This document shows, one piece after another, positions 9,044 to 21,028 of a stretch of 64,000 bases of DNA (position 1 is the first letter of the stretch; the number at the start of each line of letters is the position of its first letter). The stretch is from Candidatus Omnitrophota bacterium (lineage in GTDB: Bacteria > Omnitrophota > Gorgyraeia > Zapsychrales > JAHFFX01). The notes beneath the pieces are model-generated. The model had not been told where the DNA came from. It ran no database searches and worked only from the letters and a program-made list of their open reading frames with translations. The position numbers and the translations under genes are program-made. The stretch is taken from assembly GCA_023247725.1 (NCBI GenBank), contig JAHFFW010000002.1, positions 160-64,159 of the forward strand, in the 5' to 3' direction.

Positions 9044-9308
9044 TTTCTACCCTCTGCGAAGTCCTTTCCGGTTCAAGCGATTTTATGCCCTTGGCGGGGG
9101 AACCTTCTTTAGCGAATTCCTTAAGCTCGACCTTTCCGAGGGCAATTTCTTCTAAGGCAACGCTAGCAGCCTTCTGTGAGGAAGGATTCTCAATCAGCTT
9201 CGGTGCATTGTCGGCCAATTCCATCGCTCTTTTGGAAGCCATGGCCATTAATCGGTAGATGCTATGGCCAGATTTGGGTAACAATTTTTCCAACGGCACA
9301 AATGCCAT
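9030..9308 (-). CDS. rpoZ: RNA polymerase omega subunit
   Basis: SIYRL...ASKRA, ALEEIA; gmk-rpoZ-coaC synteny; AGGAGG SD before ATG 9308. Confidence 0.9.
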   Translation of the reverse strand: MAFVPLEKLLPKSGHSIYRLMAMASKRAMELADNAPKLIENPSSQKAASVALEEIALGKVELKEFAKEGSPAKGIKSLEPERTSQRVESVQV

Positions 9309-9375
9309 GGTTGTCCTCCTCATGATCATGAATTCTTACATGCATCTGCGCCAAAATGGCCCAAATGGATTTTTT

Positions 9376-9404
9376 TATATAACACATGTTCCTATTCTTG
9401 TCAA
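9376..9404 (-). promoter_or_regulatory. Sigma70-type promoter for rpoZ-coaC
   Basis: TTGACA-17 nt-TATATA with extended TG. Confidence 0.55.
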
Positions 9405-9427
9405 TGTTCCCTAAATTGGGAAGCTCA

Positions 9428-10009
9428 TCAATTTCTAGACGGAAAAAGCTCTTTAGTCACAATTATTTCTAATTTTCGGAAAGCAGACAGAAGCCGATCG
9501 TTGACAACCATATGATCGTAGTGTTTGGCTTCTCGCATTTCTTTCCGAGCTGTTTCTAGCCGGTGGCGAAGTTCCTTTGGGTCTTCTGTACCTCGTGATT
9601 TCAATCGCTCTTTAAGGATTTTTAGAGAAGGTACGCTTATAAAAATTTTCAAGGCCTCGGGAAATTTCCGTGAAATAACCTTGGCGCCTTTGACGTCAAT
9701 ACACAAAAGAACATTTTTACCTGAGCTTAACAATTTTTTTACAAAACCGATTGGCGTCCCGTAATAATGGACAAAGACTTTCTGCCATTCGAGGAAATAA
9801 CCTCGACGCCGGCGATCTTTGAATTGTCGAGGAGAAATGAATAGATAATCAACTCCATTTTTTTCCTGGGATCGAGGAGGTCGCGTGGTTGCGGAAATGG
9901 ATTTCACCAATGATCCTTTTAACAGGCGGCTTTGCAGAAGCATTTTATGCAGGGTGGTTTTGCCCGAACCGGAAGGCCCCGAAAGGATAATAATCCGACC
10001 TTTTTTCAT
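9428..10009 (-). CDS. gmk: Guanylate kinase
   Basis: SGPSGSGKTT, SATTRPPR..E..GVDY, YYGT, IDVKGA. Confidence 0.96.
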   Translation of the reverse strand: MKKGRIIILSGPSGSGKTTLHKMLLQSRLLKGSLVKSISATTRPPRSQEKNGVDYLFISPRQFKDRRRRGYFLEWQKVFVHYYGTPIGFVKKLLSSGKNVLLCIDVKGAKVISRKFPEALKIFISVPSLKILKERLKSRGTEDPKELRHRLETARKEMREAKHYDHMVVNDRLLSAFRKLEIIVTKELFPSRN

Positions 10010-10034
10010 AAAGTTGGGGCGTTCGGAAAAAATT

Positions 10035-10862
10035 TCATTCAATATTCTGAGATAATTCGCGGATTTTTTCTATTTTGCTTTTGAGAGCGATGACCGCGTT
10101 GGATACGATTTTATCTTGGAGTTTCGATCCAATGGTGTTTGTTTCCCGCTGCATTTCTTGAGCGATAAAATCAAGTTTTTTTCCGACGGCCAAATCGATT
10201 TTTAGCTGTTGCTTGAATTCATCAATGTAATGATTAAGGCGGGAAATTTCCTCATAGACGTCCGTGGATTTTTGGATAGAGGAAAATTCGTCAGGGTTCA
10301 AAACCTTTTTGCGTTCCGAAAGAATTTTTTTGGCCCTTACCTGAATTTCTCTAGTGAGACCCAACATGCGCTTCAATTGATTTATTAATTCAGTGGCCAG
10401 GCTTCGGCCTTCCCGAAAACGCATATTCACCACGCTTTTAATGGAGGCCGCCAGGCACCGTTCTGCTGAAGGCCAAAGTGCCAATGGATCCACATTGGCC
10501 TCCTTGGTCTCAATCACGCCGGGTAAACGAAAAAGATCTTCCAGCTCTAAGCCCTCTTTCAATTTGAATTCTCTTTTTAATATTTGGGCATACTTTAAGT
10601 ACATTCCGGCCACCTCTTTGTTCAATTCTAAGGCCACCGTCGGCTTATCAGTAATTTTGATTGAGACGGTGACCCGTCCGCGCTCAAGACGTTTTTGCAC
10701 CATTTGTCGGATTTTATCTTCAAAAGGCGAAAAGCCCGCCGGCAAATAACAGGTGAGATCCAAATATCGATGGTTCAGACTCTTGACTTCGACGACTCCT
10801 CGAATCTTATTCATTTGGAAAGGAGCAGTTCCAAACCCAGTCATGCCCTTAATCATGCCCAC
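10035..10862 (-). CDS. yicC: YicC/YloC family endoribonuclease
   Basis: GMTGFG, KSLNHRYLD, GKKLDFIAQEMQRETNTIGSK. Confidence 0.93.
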   Translation of the reverse strand: MGMIKGMTGFGTAPFQMNKIRGVVEVKSLNHRYLDLTCYLPAGFSPFEDKIRQMVQKRLERGRVTVSIKITDKPTVALELNKEVAGMYLKYAQILKREFKLKEGLELEDLFRLPGVIETKEANVDPLALWPSAERCLAASIKSVVNMRFREGRSLATELINQLKRMLGLTREIQVRAKKILSERKKVLNPDEFSSIQKSTDVYEEISRLNHYIDEFKQQLKIDLAVGKKLDFIAQEMQRETNTIGSKLQDKIVSNAVIALKSKIEKIRELSQNIE

Positions 10863-11356
10863 ACCTTTTCTTTTCTATTTTTCAGGAAATCTATTTTTGT
10901 TTTGTAAACTTTTACCAAAATATCGTCGGGTTTAAACCAAAGTTTAATCTCCCGTTCGGCCTCCTTTGCTGTTGCGGAGACATGAATCACATTCTCATAA
11001 ATTCCTTTTGTGGTGACTCGTCCACAGGAACCTCGGATGCTTTTGAAATCGGCCTCTTCCGGATTAGTCGCGCCAGCGATATCCCGACATTTTTGGTTGG
11101 CATTTCTTCCCCAATATACAAAGACAAAAACGCCCGCACAATGATGAATTTTACCAGAAAGATATGAGACAATTTCTTTAAAGAAAAATTTCTTTCTATG
11201 GGAAAAGTAATGCTCTTCGGCCAAAGGCCGAATTACTTTAACCAACTTGGCACCAACGAGTTCAAGACCTGATTCTTCCAGACGAGTGAGCACGTACCCG
11301 GCCAAGCGCTTAACCATAGCGTCGGGTTTAAGAATAACGAGTGCCGCTTCTTTCAT
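10853..11356 (-). CDS. ndk: Nucleoside-diphosphate kinase
   Basis: ILKPDA, AEEHY, GATNP..A...SIRG, NVIHVS, EREIKLWF. Confidence 0.9.
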   Translation of the reverse strand: MKEAALVILKPDAMVKRLAGYVLTRLEESGLELVGAKLVKVIRPLAEEHYFSHRKKFFFKEIVSYLSGKIHHCAGVFVFVYWGRNANQKCRDIAGATNPEEADFKSIRGSCGRVTTKGIYENVIHVSATAKEAEREIKLWFKPDDILVKVYKTKIDFLKNRKEKVWA

Positions 11357-12198
11357 TTTTTGATAATCCCTAAAATCCTTTCCAAATCCCCTGTCGAATA
11401 ATACTCCACAATAATTTTGCCTCGCTTTTTGGCAGCGACAATTCTAACCTTTGTTCCCAAAAGTCGCTGCAATTCTTCTTCCATGAATTGCAAATGCTGA
11501 TCTTGCCCCGCTGACTTTGCTTTTTTCCGACGGGAAAATTTTTTAGTAACGGTTTTTAAAAGATTCTCCAACTCTCGCACTGAAAGATCTTTTTTTAAAA
11601 CTTCTTCAAATAAGCGTTTTTGTTCCTGAAGATCTTCAATTCCAACGAGGGCTCTGGCATGGCCCATACTCAGTTGCCCATCAAGAACACTTTGTTGGAT
11701 AACGGCCGGTAATTTTAATAAACGAATTAGATTTGCAATAGTTGTTCTATCTTTCCCAACTAATTGTGCCACAACATCTTGAGTAATATTAAATTCGCTC
11801 ATTAAGCGTTGGAAGGCCTGCGCTTCTTCAATTGCATTGAGCTCTTGTCTTTGAATGTTTTCCACTAATGCCAATACTAGGGCTTCTTGGTCATCGACAT
11901 TTTTAATAATAATAGGGACCTCTTCCAGGCCTAAAGCCTTTGCCGCGCGCAATCTTCTTTCCCCGGCGATGACTTCATATCCTTGATCTTTCTGGCGTAC
12001 AATGATTGGCTGTAAAACTCCTTTTTCTTTTATAGAAGAAATGAGTTCGGCCAGCTTCTCGTCGTCAAAATTCGAGCGCGGTTGAAAAATATTTTCTTTG
12101 ATGTCGGCAGTTTTAGCCCGACTCGATTCCGCATGGACAAATTCAGTTCTTTTTGGTATTAATGCCGAAAGACCTTTACCAAGCGCTCGATTTTCCAT
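11353..12198 (-). CDS. parB: ParB/Spo0J partitioning protein
   Basis: ALGKGLSALI, QPR..F, IAGERRLRAA, ENIQRQEL. Confidence 0.96.
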   Translation of the reverse strand: MENRALGKGLSALIPKRTEFVHAESSRAKTADIKENIFQPRSNFDDEKLAELISSIKEKGVLQPIIVRQKDQGYEVIAGERRLRAAKALGLEEVPIIIKNVDDQEALVLALVENIQRQELNAIEEAQAFQRLMSEFNITQDVVAQLVGKDRTTIANLIRLLKLPAVIQQSVLDGQLSMGHARALVGIEDLQEQKRLFEEVLKKDLSVRELENLLKTVTKKFSRRKKAKSAGQDQHLQFMEEELQRLLGTKVRIVAAKKRGKIIVEYYSTGDLERILGIIKK

Positions 12199-12227
12199 TT
12201 GGCCTCCTAAAGGCACTGATTCGAATA

Positions 12228-13040
12228 CTATCCTACAGCGGGTTTTACCTCATTGGATTCTAAAGATTTTAATTCCTGGGGGGCCTCTCCAATAAATTCT
12301 CGGGCAAATTCTTCATATTTCTTGGCACCGATAGAATTTTTGTCATAAAAACTAATTGGTTTGCCGAAACTAGGTGCTTCACTAAGTTTAATATTTCTTG
12401 GTATGATTGTTTGATAAACCTTCTGCTTAAAATACCCTTTTATCTCACTAATGACTTCGTTAGTAAGATTTGTCCGAAAATCGGCCATAGTTAGCAAAAC
12501 CCCCTCAATGGACAAATTTGCATTTAATCCATCTTTAACGAGATTAATCGTATTGAGCAATTGAGAGACCCCTTCCAATGCATAAAACTCACATTGAATA
12601 GGAATTAAAACAGAATCACTTGCTACAAAAGAATTTAAGGTGAGCAATCCTAATGATGGCGGGGAATCCACGAACACATAGTCGTATTGATTTTTAATTG
12701 GATTTAAAATTTTTTTCAGCTTTGTTTCTCTAGATAATGCACCAACTAATTCAATCTCAGCCCCAGTCAAATTTATGTTGCATGGCACAACATTAAGTCC
12801 ATCCGTAGAAGTTTTTAACACGACCTTTTCTATGTTTATATGGCCCAATAAAACATTGTAAACAGATTGTTCAATTGTATTTTTATTAATACCAACTCCA
12901 CTAGTTGCGTTCCCTTGAGGATCTATATCAACCAATAAAATTTTTTTTCCCATTAAAGCAAGGGCAGCAGATAAATTAATAGCAGTTGTTGTTTTACCTG
13001 TTCCCCCCTTTTGATTACAAATCGACACTATTTTTCCCAT
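12228..13040 (-). CDS. parA: ParA/Soj ATPase
   Basis: NQKGGTGKTTT, DIDPQGNATSG, QCEFYALEG, EAPSFG. Confidence 0.97.
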   Translation of the reverse strand: MGKIVSICNQKGGTGKTTTAINLSAALALMGKKILLVDIDPQGNATSGVGINKNTIEQSVYNVLLGHINIEKVVLKTSTDGLNVVPCNINLTGAEIELVGALSRETKLKKILNPIKNQYDYVFVDSPPSLGLLTLNSFVASDSVLIPIQCEFYALEGVSQLLNTINLVKDGLNANLSIEGVLLTMADFRTNLTNEVISEIKGYFKQKVYQTIIPRNIKLSEAPSFGKPISFYDKNSIGAKKYEEFAREFIGEAPQELKSLESNEVKPAVG

Positions 13041-13046
13041 GGGACC

Positions 13047-13062
13047 ATTTTCACGTGGAAAT
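13047..13062. promoter_or_regulatory. parS-like site just upstream of parA
   Basis: ATTTTCACGTGGAAAT: central 12 nt match the parS consensus TGTTTCACGTGGAACA. Confidence 0.5.
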
Positions 13063-13081
13063 TATACAGTGAATTTTCTTA

Positions 13082-13309
13082 TTATTTTTTCTTTCTGTCC
13101 TTGTCCAAATCAATTGACTTTCCAAAAAGGGTAACCTTTATTTTGGCTGGCTTTTGCCCCTCCATACCAAATAAGCCCCTTTGTTCTTCCGAAACTACTT
13201 TAACAGAAATAGAATTTCTCGGCACTTTAAAAAATTCTAAGGCTTTCTTTATTGCCTCTTCCACTGTTCCACCTTCAAACTCAATAAATTTTTTATTATC
13301 CGCCATCAT
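13082..13309 (-). CDS. Jag N-terminal-domain-only protein
   Basis: EG.TVEEAI..AL.......V.V..E..RGLFG....PAKI; follows yidC; lacks KH and R3H. Confidence 0.85.
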   Translation of the reverse strand: MMADNKKFIEFEGGTVEEAIKKALEFFKVPRNSISVKVVSEEQRGLFGMEGQKPAKIKVTLFGKSIDLDKDRKKK

Positions 13310-14889
13310 TGGACATTATAATTTATTTTCGACATTCGAATTTGAGTCAGAGTGGACAATAAATAAAAAGTTATCATATAAATGGAAAGCCCGCTGGAAA
13401 ATTTATAAAAAATAAAACCAAACATAAATGGCAAAATTGTCGTCATTATTTTTTGTTGAGAGGCTTGACTAGGATCAGTAATGACTGCGCTTTTTGCAGT
13501 TATTTTCTGCTGAAAGAACATCACTATTGCAACTATGATTGGTAGAATATTTAACTCATTGCCAATGATAGGCAAAGTGAATGGAAAAACTAGTAGTCGG
13601 TCAGGCTCTGATAAATCTTTAATCCAAAGAAAATGAGCTCCTTTAAAGTAAATAGATCTCCAAAGAACCTGGTAAAACGAAATAAAAATCGGCATTTGAA
13701 TTAAGAATGGTAGGCATCCACCTAAAGGATTAATTTGATGTTGTTTATACAATTCCATCATTTCCATATTCAATTTCTGCGGATTATTGCTGTATTGTTC
13801 CCTTAATTTTGAAATTTTTGGCTGAAGTGATTGCATTTTTTTCATCGACGACATAGCTCTGAATGTCAATGGGTACAAGGAAAGATAGATAATCATGCTT
13901 ATAATTATTATGCAGAGTCCCCAGCTTGGAATCACCTTGTGAAGAAAACCAATCATATTATAAATAAATAAGGCAATAGCATTAAATAACCCAATGCTGC
14001 TAAAGCTAACAATATTTTCGAATTCCTGATTATATTTTTTTAAAAAAGCGACATCTTGGGGGCCAATAAATACATTTGTAGAAAAGGAATAATGCCCATT
14101 TTGATTATATTTAATTGGCACATTTAATAAAGCAATATCTAAAATTTTTTCGCTCGCAGGATTAATGGAAAATTTCTGGACTTCAAATTCGGGTTTAAAA
14201 ATGGCGCAAAAATACCGATCACGAAAACCAATCCACTTAATTAAATTAATTATATCCTGCTTTTTTTCCTTTTGAGTAAAACTAAAGGCACTGCCTTTTC
14301 TGTAAATTCCAGATTCTGTTGAAAGCGAGTATTCAAGCAAAGATTTTTCATTTTGTGAATATTTATTGTCCAATTTGGAAGAATGAATAGAAAATATATT
14401 AATGTCCAAATTGGAGGTTAGTGCTTGCTTATGCTGAAAATCAATATTAACTTCCAATAAATTGCTATCCAAAAATTTGAAGGTTTTAATAATAACAATA
14501 TCTTCATCTTCATATCCATATTTAATAAAGCTTTCGGATTGTTCTAGAACATTAAAAATAGCATCCTTGAATTTTATCAAACTAAATGAATTCGTGAGCG
14601 GAAACAACAAATTGTAATCACGTATTTTGATTGTTTTTAAATAAGCCCCCTTATTAGAGATTTCTAACTCAACTTTTGCAGAGCGAATAAGATCCACTTT
14701 TTCGCTTAAATCGGTATTTTTTTCTGGCTCATTTTGGTGATTCAAATATGAGTACTCATTAAGTTCTTTATTTACAAAATTTTGTGAATAATTGAACGCT
14801 GGTTGGATTTTACTTTTAGGCAAGGCAAAATTGTAAACCACAAGAACAAGTAAAGAAAGGGTGAGTGCGAGCAGAGTTCTCTGTTCCAT
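13306..14889 (-). CDS. yidC: Membrane protein insertase YidC
   Basis: WG..II, SMKKMQSLQPKI, NPLGGCLP..IQMPIF, FLWIKDLS.PD. Confidence 0.96.
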   Translation of the reverse strand: MEQRTLLALTLSLLVLVVYNFALPKSKIQPAFNYSQNFVNKELNEYSYLNHQNEPEKNTDLSEKVDLIRSAKVELEISNKGAYLKTIKIRDYNLLFPLTNSFSLIKFKDAIFNVLEQSESFIKYGYEDEDIVIIKTFKFLDSNLLEVNIDFQHKQALTSNLDINIFSIHSSKLDNKYSQNEKSLLEYSLSTESGIYRKGSAFSFTQKEKKQDIINLIKWIGFRDRYFCAIFKPEFEVQKFSINPASEKILDIALLNVPIKYNQNGHYSFSTNVFIGPQDVAFLKKYNQEFENIVSFSSIGLFNAIALFIYNMIGFLHKVIPSWGLCIIIISMIIYLSLYPLTFRAMSSMKKMQSLQPKISKLREQYSNNPQKLNMEMMELYKQHQINPLGGCLPFLIQMPIFISFYQVLWRSIYFKGAHFLWIKDLSEPDRLLVFPFTLPIIGNELNILPIIVAIVMFFQQKITAKSAVITDPSQASQQKIMTTILPFMFGFIFYKFSSGLSIYMITFYLLSTLTQIRMSKINYNVQ

Positions 14890-14892
14890 AGA

Positions 14893-15099
14893 CTATTTAA
14901 CTGAATCAAATCCGCCTTTAAAAAATGGGCAGCAACGGATAACGCGTAACATCGTTAGCGATAATCCTTTAAAAGCACCATACTTATGTATGGCATCAAT
15001 GGCATATTGCGAACATGTGGGGTAAAAGCGGCAGTTAGGGAGGAAAATGAGGTGACTTATCTTTTGATAGATCTTTATTATATTAACCAAAAGGGCCAT
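14893..15099 (-). CDS. yidD: Membrane protein insertion efficiency factor YidD
   Basis: YQ..S...CRFYPTCSQYA..AI.KYG..KG....RCCP..GG.D. Confidence 0.93.
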   Translation of the reverse strand: MALLVNIIKIYQKISHLIFLPNCRFYPTCSQYAIDAIHKYGAFKGLSLTMLRVIRCCPFFKGGFDSVK

Positions 15100-15117
15100 A
15101 TTATGGCTAATCAGTCA

Positions 15118-15255
15118 TTAAATACTCAGTCGCTTACGGCCCTTGGCCCGGCGCCTTTTAAGTATTATTTGCCCATTTCGTGTTTTCATGCGAAGACGAA
15201 AACCGTGCTTGCGTTTTCCTTTCAAAAGCGTCAAGGTCTTAAGATGTTTTTTCAT
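15118..15255 (-). CDS. rpmH: 50S ribosomal protein L34 (not in ORF track)
   Basis: Hand translation [45 protein letters not shown]. Confidence 0.95.
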   Translation of the reverse strand: MKKHLKTLTLLKGKRKHGFRLRMKTRNGQIILKRRRAKGRKRLSI

Positions 15256-15264
15256 AGTTGCAGA

Positions 15265-15292
15265 ATTATAACATAAGAAGATGGGTAGTCAA
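15265..15292 (-). promoter_or_regulatory. rpmH promoter (near-leaderless transcript)
   Basis: TTGACT-16 nt-TATAAT with extended TG; -10 ends 9 nt before the ATG; no SD. Confidence 0.6.
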
Positions 15293-15449
15293 GCCTTTTC
15301 AATTTTGTTACGTCCTAAAAATGCATCATGACAATAGGTTATAAGCTGAGGGCTTTCAAATCATAAAGGATTTCCTCTCCGACGGTAAATAAAATTTTCT
15401 AGCCATATTTTAAAAGTGTCAAAATTTCCCATAGGCCTTTAAATTGAAG

Positions 15450-15556
15450 TTGAAATAAAAATTTTCTTTGTTATAATACCACAACGATCTAAACAAATCA
15501 TCGTCGTTTATTGAATAAATTATTTAATGATGCAAGTAATCCACTGGTGTGGATAA
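15450..15556 (+). promoter_or_regulatory. dnaA promoter with downstream DnaA box
   Basis: TTGAAA-16 nt-TATAAT with extended TG (15450-15477); perfect DnaA box TGTGGATAA at 15548-15556. Confidence 0.65.
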
Positions 15557-15620
15557 CTTGTGAATTCCCATCCCACAATCGATTGTTAAAAACTTTTAGA
15601 TTTTCGGTAAAAATGAATCC

Positions 15621-16952
15621 ATGACCCTCTCCTCTTTTTGGGAAAAAGCCCAGAATACCATTAGAGAAAAAGTTGGAGCAACGAGCTACGAAACTTGGTT
15701 TAGCACTCTCGGCATTAAAGAAGAGGCTCCCCATACTCTTGTTATTGAAACTCCGGATGAATTTTTTAAGAATTGGATTATTGAACATTATCTTGGAATT
15801 ATTCAAGACTCTCTTCGGTCCATTACCTCTGACTCCTTCAGCCTCCAGTTTGATGTCAATCCTCATATTCTTAAGCAAGGGACCCAGACTCGTTTAACCG
15901 AATTCGAAAAAAATTTTACTTCAGTTGATCGGCATTCGAATATTAATCCTCGTTTCAATTTTGAAAATTTTGTTATCGGTCCGTCCAACCGGTTTGCCCA
16001 CGCTGCCTGTATGGCGGTAGCAGAATCCCCGGCAAAAGCATATAATCCTCTTTTTATCTATGGTAGAGTTGGTCTGGGAAAAACGCATCTCATGCAAGCA
16101 ATCACCCACCGCTTGCAAATGAATAATCCCAATCTTAAACATTCCTATCTAACTTCGGAGCGCTTTACTAACGAATTGATTGATGCCATTCGGCATCGCT
16201 CAACGACCCAATTTCGCCAAAAGTACCGGTCAATTGATGTGCTTTTGATCGATGATATCCATTTTATCGCTGGAAAGGAATCAACCCAGGAAGAATTTTT
16301 TCATACATTTAATACCTTGCATGAAAATCGCAAACAGATCATCATCTCTTCGGATCGGCCGCCAAAAGAAATTTCTAATCTCGAAGAAAGATTGAGTTCT
16401 CGTTTTGCCTGGGGATTAATTACGGATATTCAGCCACCGGATTTTGAAACTCGCGTTGCCATTTTGAGAAAAAAAATTGAACGCGAACCAGTTCGCGTTC
16501 CGGATGATGTTATCTTTTTTATTGCTCAAGAGATTAAGAGTAATATCCGCGAATTAGAAGGAGCCTTGATCAGGGTTGTGGCGTATTCTCTCTTGGAAGA
16601 AAAACCGGTTTCATTGGATCTGGCTAAAATAATTCTGAAGGATATGGTCAAAGAAACCCTAAAATCTATCAGCATCGAGCATATTCAAAAAACGGTGGCC
16701 GAATTTTTTAATATTCAAACAAATGAATTAAAAAATACGCGGCGTAATAAAAATATTGTTTTACCTAGGCAAATCGCCATGTATCTGTCCCGACAATTAA
16801 CCAATTTGTCTTTACCAGAAATCGGCCAAGCGTTTGGTGGAAAAGACCACACGACTGTCTTGCATTCTTGCAAAAAAATTTACCGGGATTCAACCGCGAA
16901 TAAGGAATTAAAAAATACTCTCGAAAAGTTAACCACAACGATTAAACAGTAA
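15621..16952 (+). CDS. dnaA: Chromosomal replication initiator DnaA
   Basis: YNPLFIYGRVGLGKTHL, LLIDDI, QEEFFHTFN, GGKDHTTVLH. Confidence 0.99.
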   Translation: MTLSSFWEKAQNTIREKVGATSYETWFSTLGIKEEAPHTLVIETPDEFFKNWIIEHYLGIIQDSLRSITSDSFSLQFDVNPHILKQGTQTRLTEFEKNFTSVDRHSNINPRFNFENFVIGPSNRFAHAACMAVAESPAKAYNPLFIYGRVGLGKTHLMQAITHRLQMNNPNLKHSYLTSERFTNELIDAIRHRSTTQFRQKYRSIDVLLIDDIHFIAGKESTQEEFFHTFNTLHENRKQIIISSDRPPKEISNLEERLSSRFAWGLITDIQPPDFETRVAILRKKIEREPVRVPDDVIFFIAQEIKSNIRELEGALIRVVAYSLLEEKPVSLDLAKIILKDMVKETLKSISIEHIQKTVAEFFNIQTNELKNTRRNKNIVLPRQIAMYLSRQLTNLSLPEIGQAFGGKDHTTVLHSCKKIYRDSTANKELKNTLEKLTTTIKQ

Positions 16953-17108
16953 TTCATTGATTATTGGGTATTTATTCACAGTTTAAAATTCTATAAATTT
17001 TTAAACTACAATGGGTTGAGAACTTATAAATTTTATCAACAGCCCTTAATACTATGACTACGATTTTAAATTTAAAAATAGAAACCATTTTGGTGGAAAA
17101 CAAAAATT
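16953..17108. other. oriC unwinding region (dnaA-dnaN intergenic)
   Basis: DnaA boxes TTATTCACA 16972-16980 and TTATCAACA 17033-17041, then GCCC, TAATACTATGACTACGA trio-like tract and an AT-rich stretch; gene orientation flips at ~15.4 kb. Confidence 0.75.
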
Positions 17109-18197
17109 ATGAAAATTAAAACAAATAAGGATGAGCTTTTACTGGGAATTCAAACAGTACAAAATGTTGTTTCTTCAAAATCCACATTGCCGATTTTATC
17201 CAATATGTTGATCGAAACAAAAAATGACAGCATAAAGCTTAATACGACTGATTTGGATATTGGAATTTCATGTGAACTTCCTGTGAATATTCAAGAACAA
17301 GGTGGAATAACAATACCAGCAAAAAGATTTAGCGATATCATTAAAGAATTGCCTTCCGGGGAAGTGGTTATCACGACTCGCAAAAATAATCAAGTCGACA
17401 TTGAAGGTGCGAACTGTCGATTTAAATTGCTTGGCCTTCCGAAGGATGAGTTTCCTAAATTTCCAGAATTTAAAGAAAAGGATTCAGTCCGACTTGAGCA
17501 AAGTGTATTAAAGGAAATGTTAAGAATGACTTCATTTGCCGTGTCCCATGAAGAATCACGATATGTCTTAAATGGAATTTTGTTGGAAATTTTTGATAAA
17601 ACATTTCGAATTGTAGCGACGGATGGAAGGCGATTGGCCAAAATCGAAAAAGAAATAATTAATACAGTCAAGGATGACGTGAAAGTGATTATTCCTTTGA
17701 AGGCTGTACAGGAATTGAATCGCAATCTAAAGGACACGGGAGAGGTTGCTTTTGTTCCTGGCCATAATCAAGTTTTGTTTGATATCGACGGGATTTTGAT
17801 TGCAACGAGGGTCATAGAGGGAGAATTCCCTAATTATAACCAGGTTATTCCCAAGGCCATTTCGCCTAAAATTGAAGTTTTCACTCAGGATTTGTTGGCG
17901 GCTATCCGCAGAGCGAATCTTTTATCGACCCCGGATTTTCAAGCCGTGAAATTTGAGGTTTTTGGTGACAAAATCATCGTTTCTAAAACTACCCCCGAGG
18001 TCGGTGAATCCCGGGAGGAGATTCCTGTTACTTACGGTGGCGCAGAATTCATTGTTGGATTCAATCCGCACTTTTTGATTGATGTGCTTAAAAACCTCAA
18101 CGAGGAAAAAATAGAATTAGAACTTTTAGGATCCGATAAGCCTGCCGTCATCCGCTTAGGCGATTACCTCTACCTGGCACTTCCCATGCGGATTTAA
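17109..18197 (+). CDS. dnaN: DNA polymerase III beta clamp
   Basis: LPILSN, SRYVLNG, VATDGRRLA, GEFPNY..VIP, LPMR. Confidence 0.98.
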   Translation: MKIKTNKDELLLGIQTVQNVVSSKSTLPILSNMLIETKNDSIKLNTTDLDIGISCELPVNIQEQGGITIPAKRFSDIIKELPSGEVVITTRKNNQVDIEGANCRFKLLGLPKDEFPKFPEFKEKDSVRLEQSVLKEMLRMTSFAVSHEESRYVLNGILLEIFDKTFRIVATDGRRLAKIEKEIINTVKDDVKVIIPLKAVQELNRNLKDTGEVAFVPGHNQVLFDIDGILIATRVIEGEFPNYNQVIPKAISPKIEVFTQDLLAAIRRANLLSTPDFQAVKFEVFGDKIIVSKTTPEVGESREEIPVTYGGAEFIVGFNPHFLIDVLKNLNEEKIELELLGSDKPAVIRLGDYLYLALPMRI

Positions 18198-18236
18198 AGT
18201 TGCTTTTGCATTTTTTCCAGATACAATAATCCATTC

Positions 18237-20995
<2,759 letters not shown>

Positions 20996-21028
20996 GTTTA
21001 AAGGCGAGCGAAGAAAGGCCTGCAGTTT

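Noticed and set aside
17266-17277. parS-like TTTCATGTGAAC within dnaN
   Set aside because: Several mismatches and explained by coding sequence
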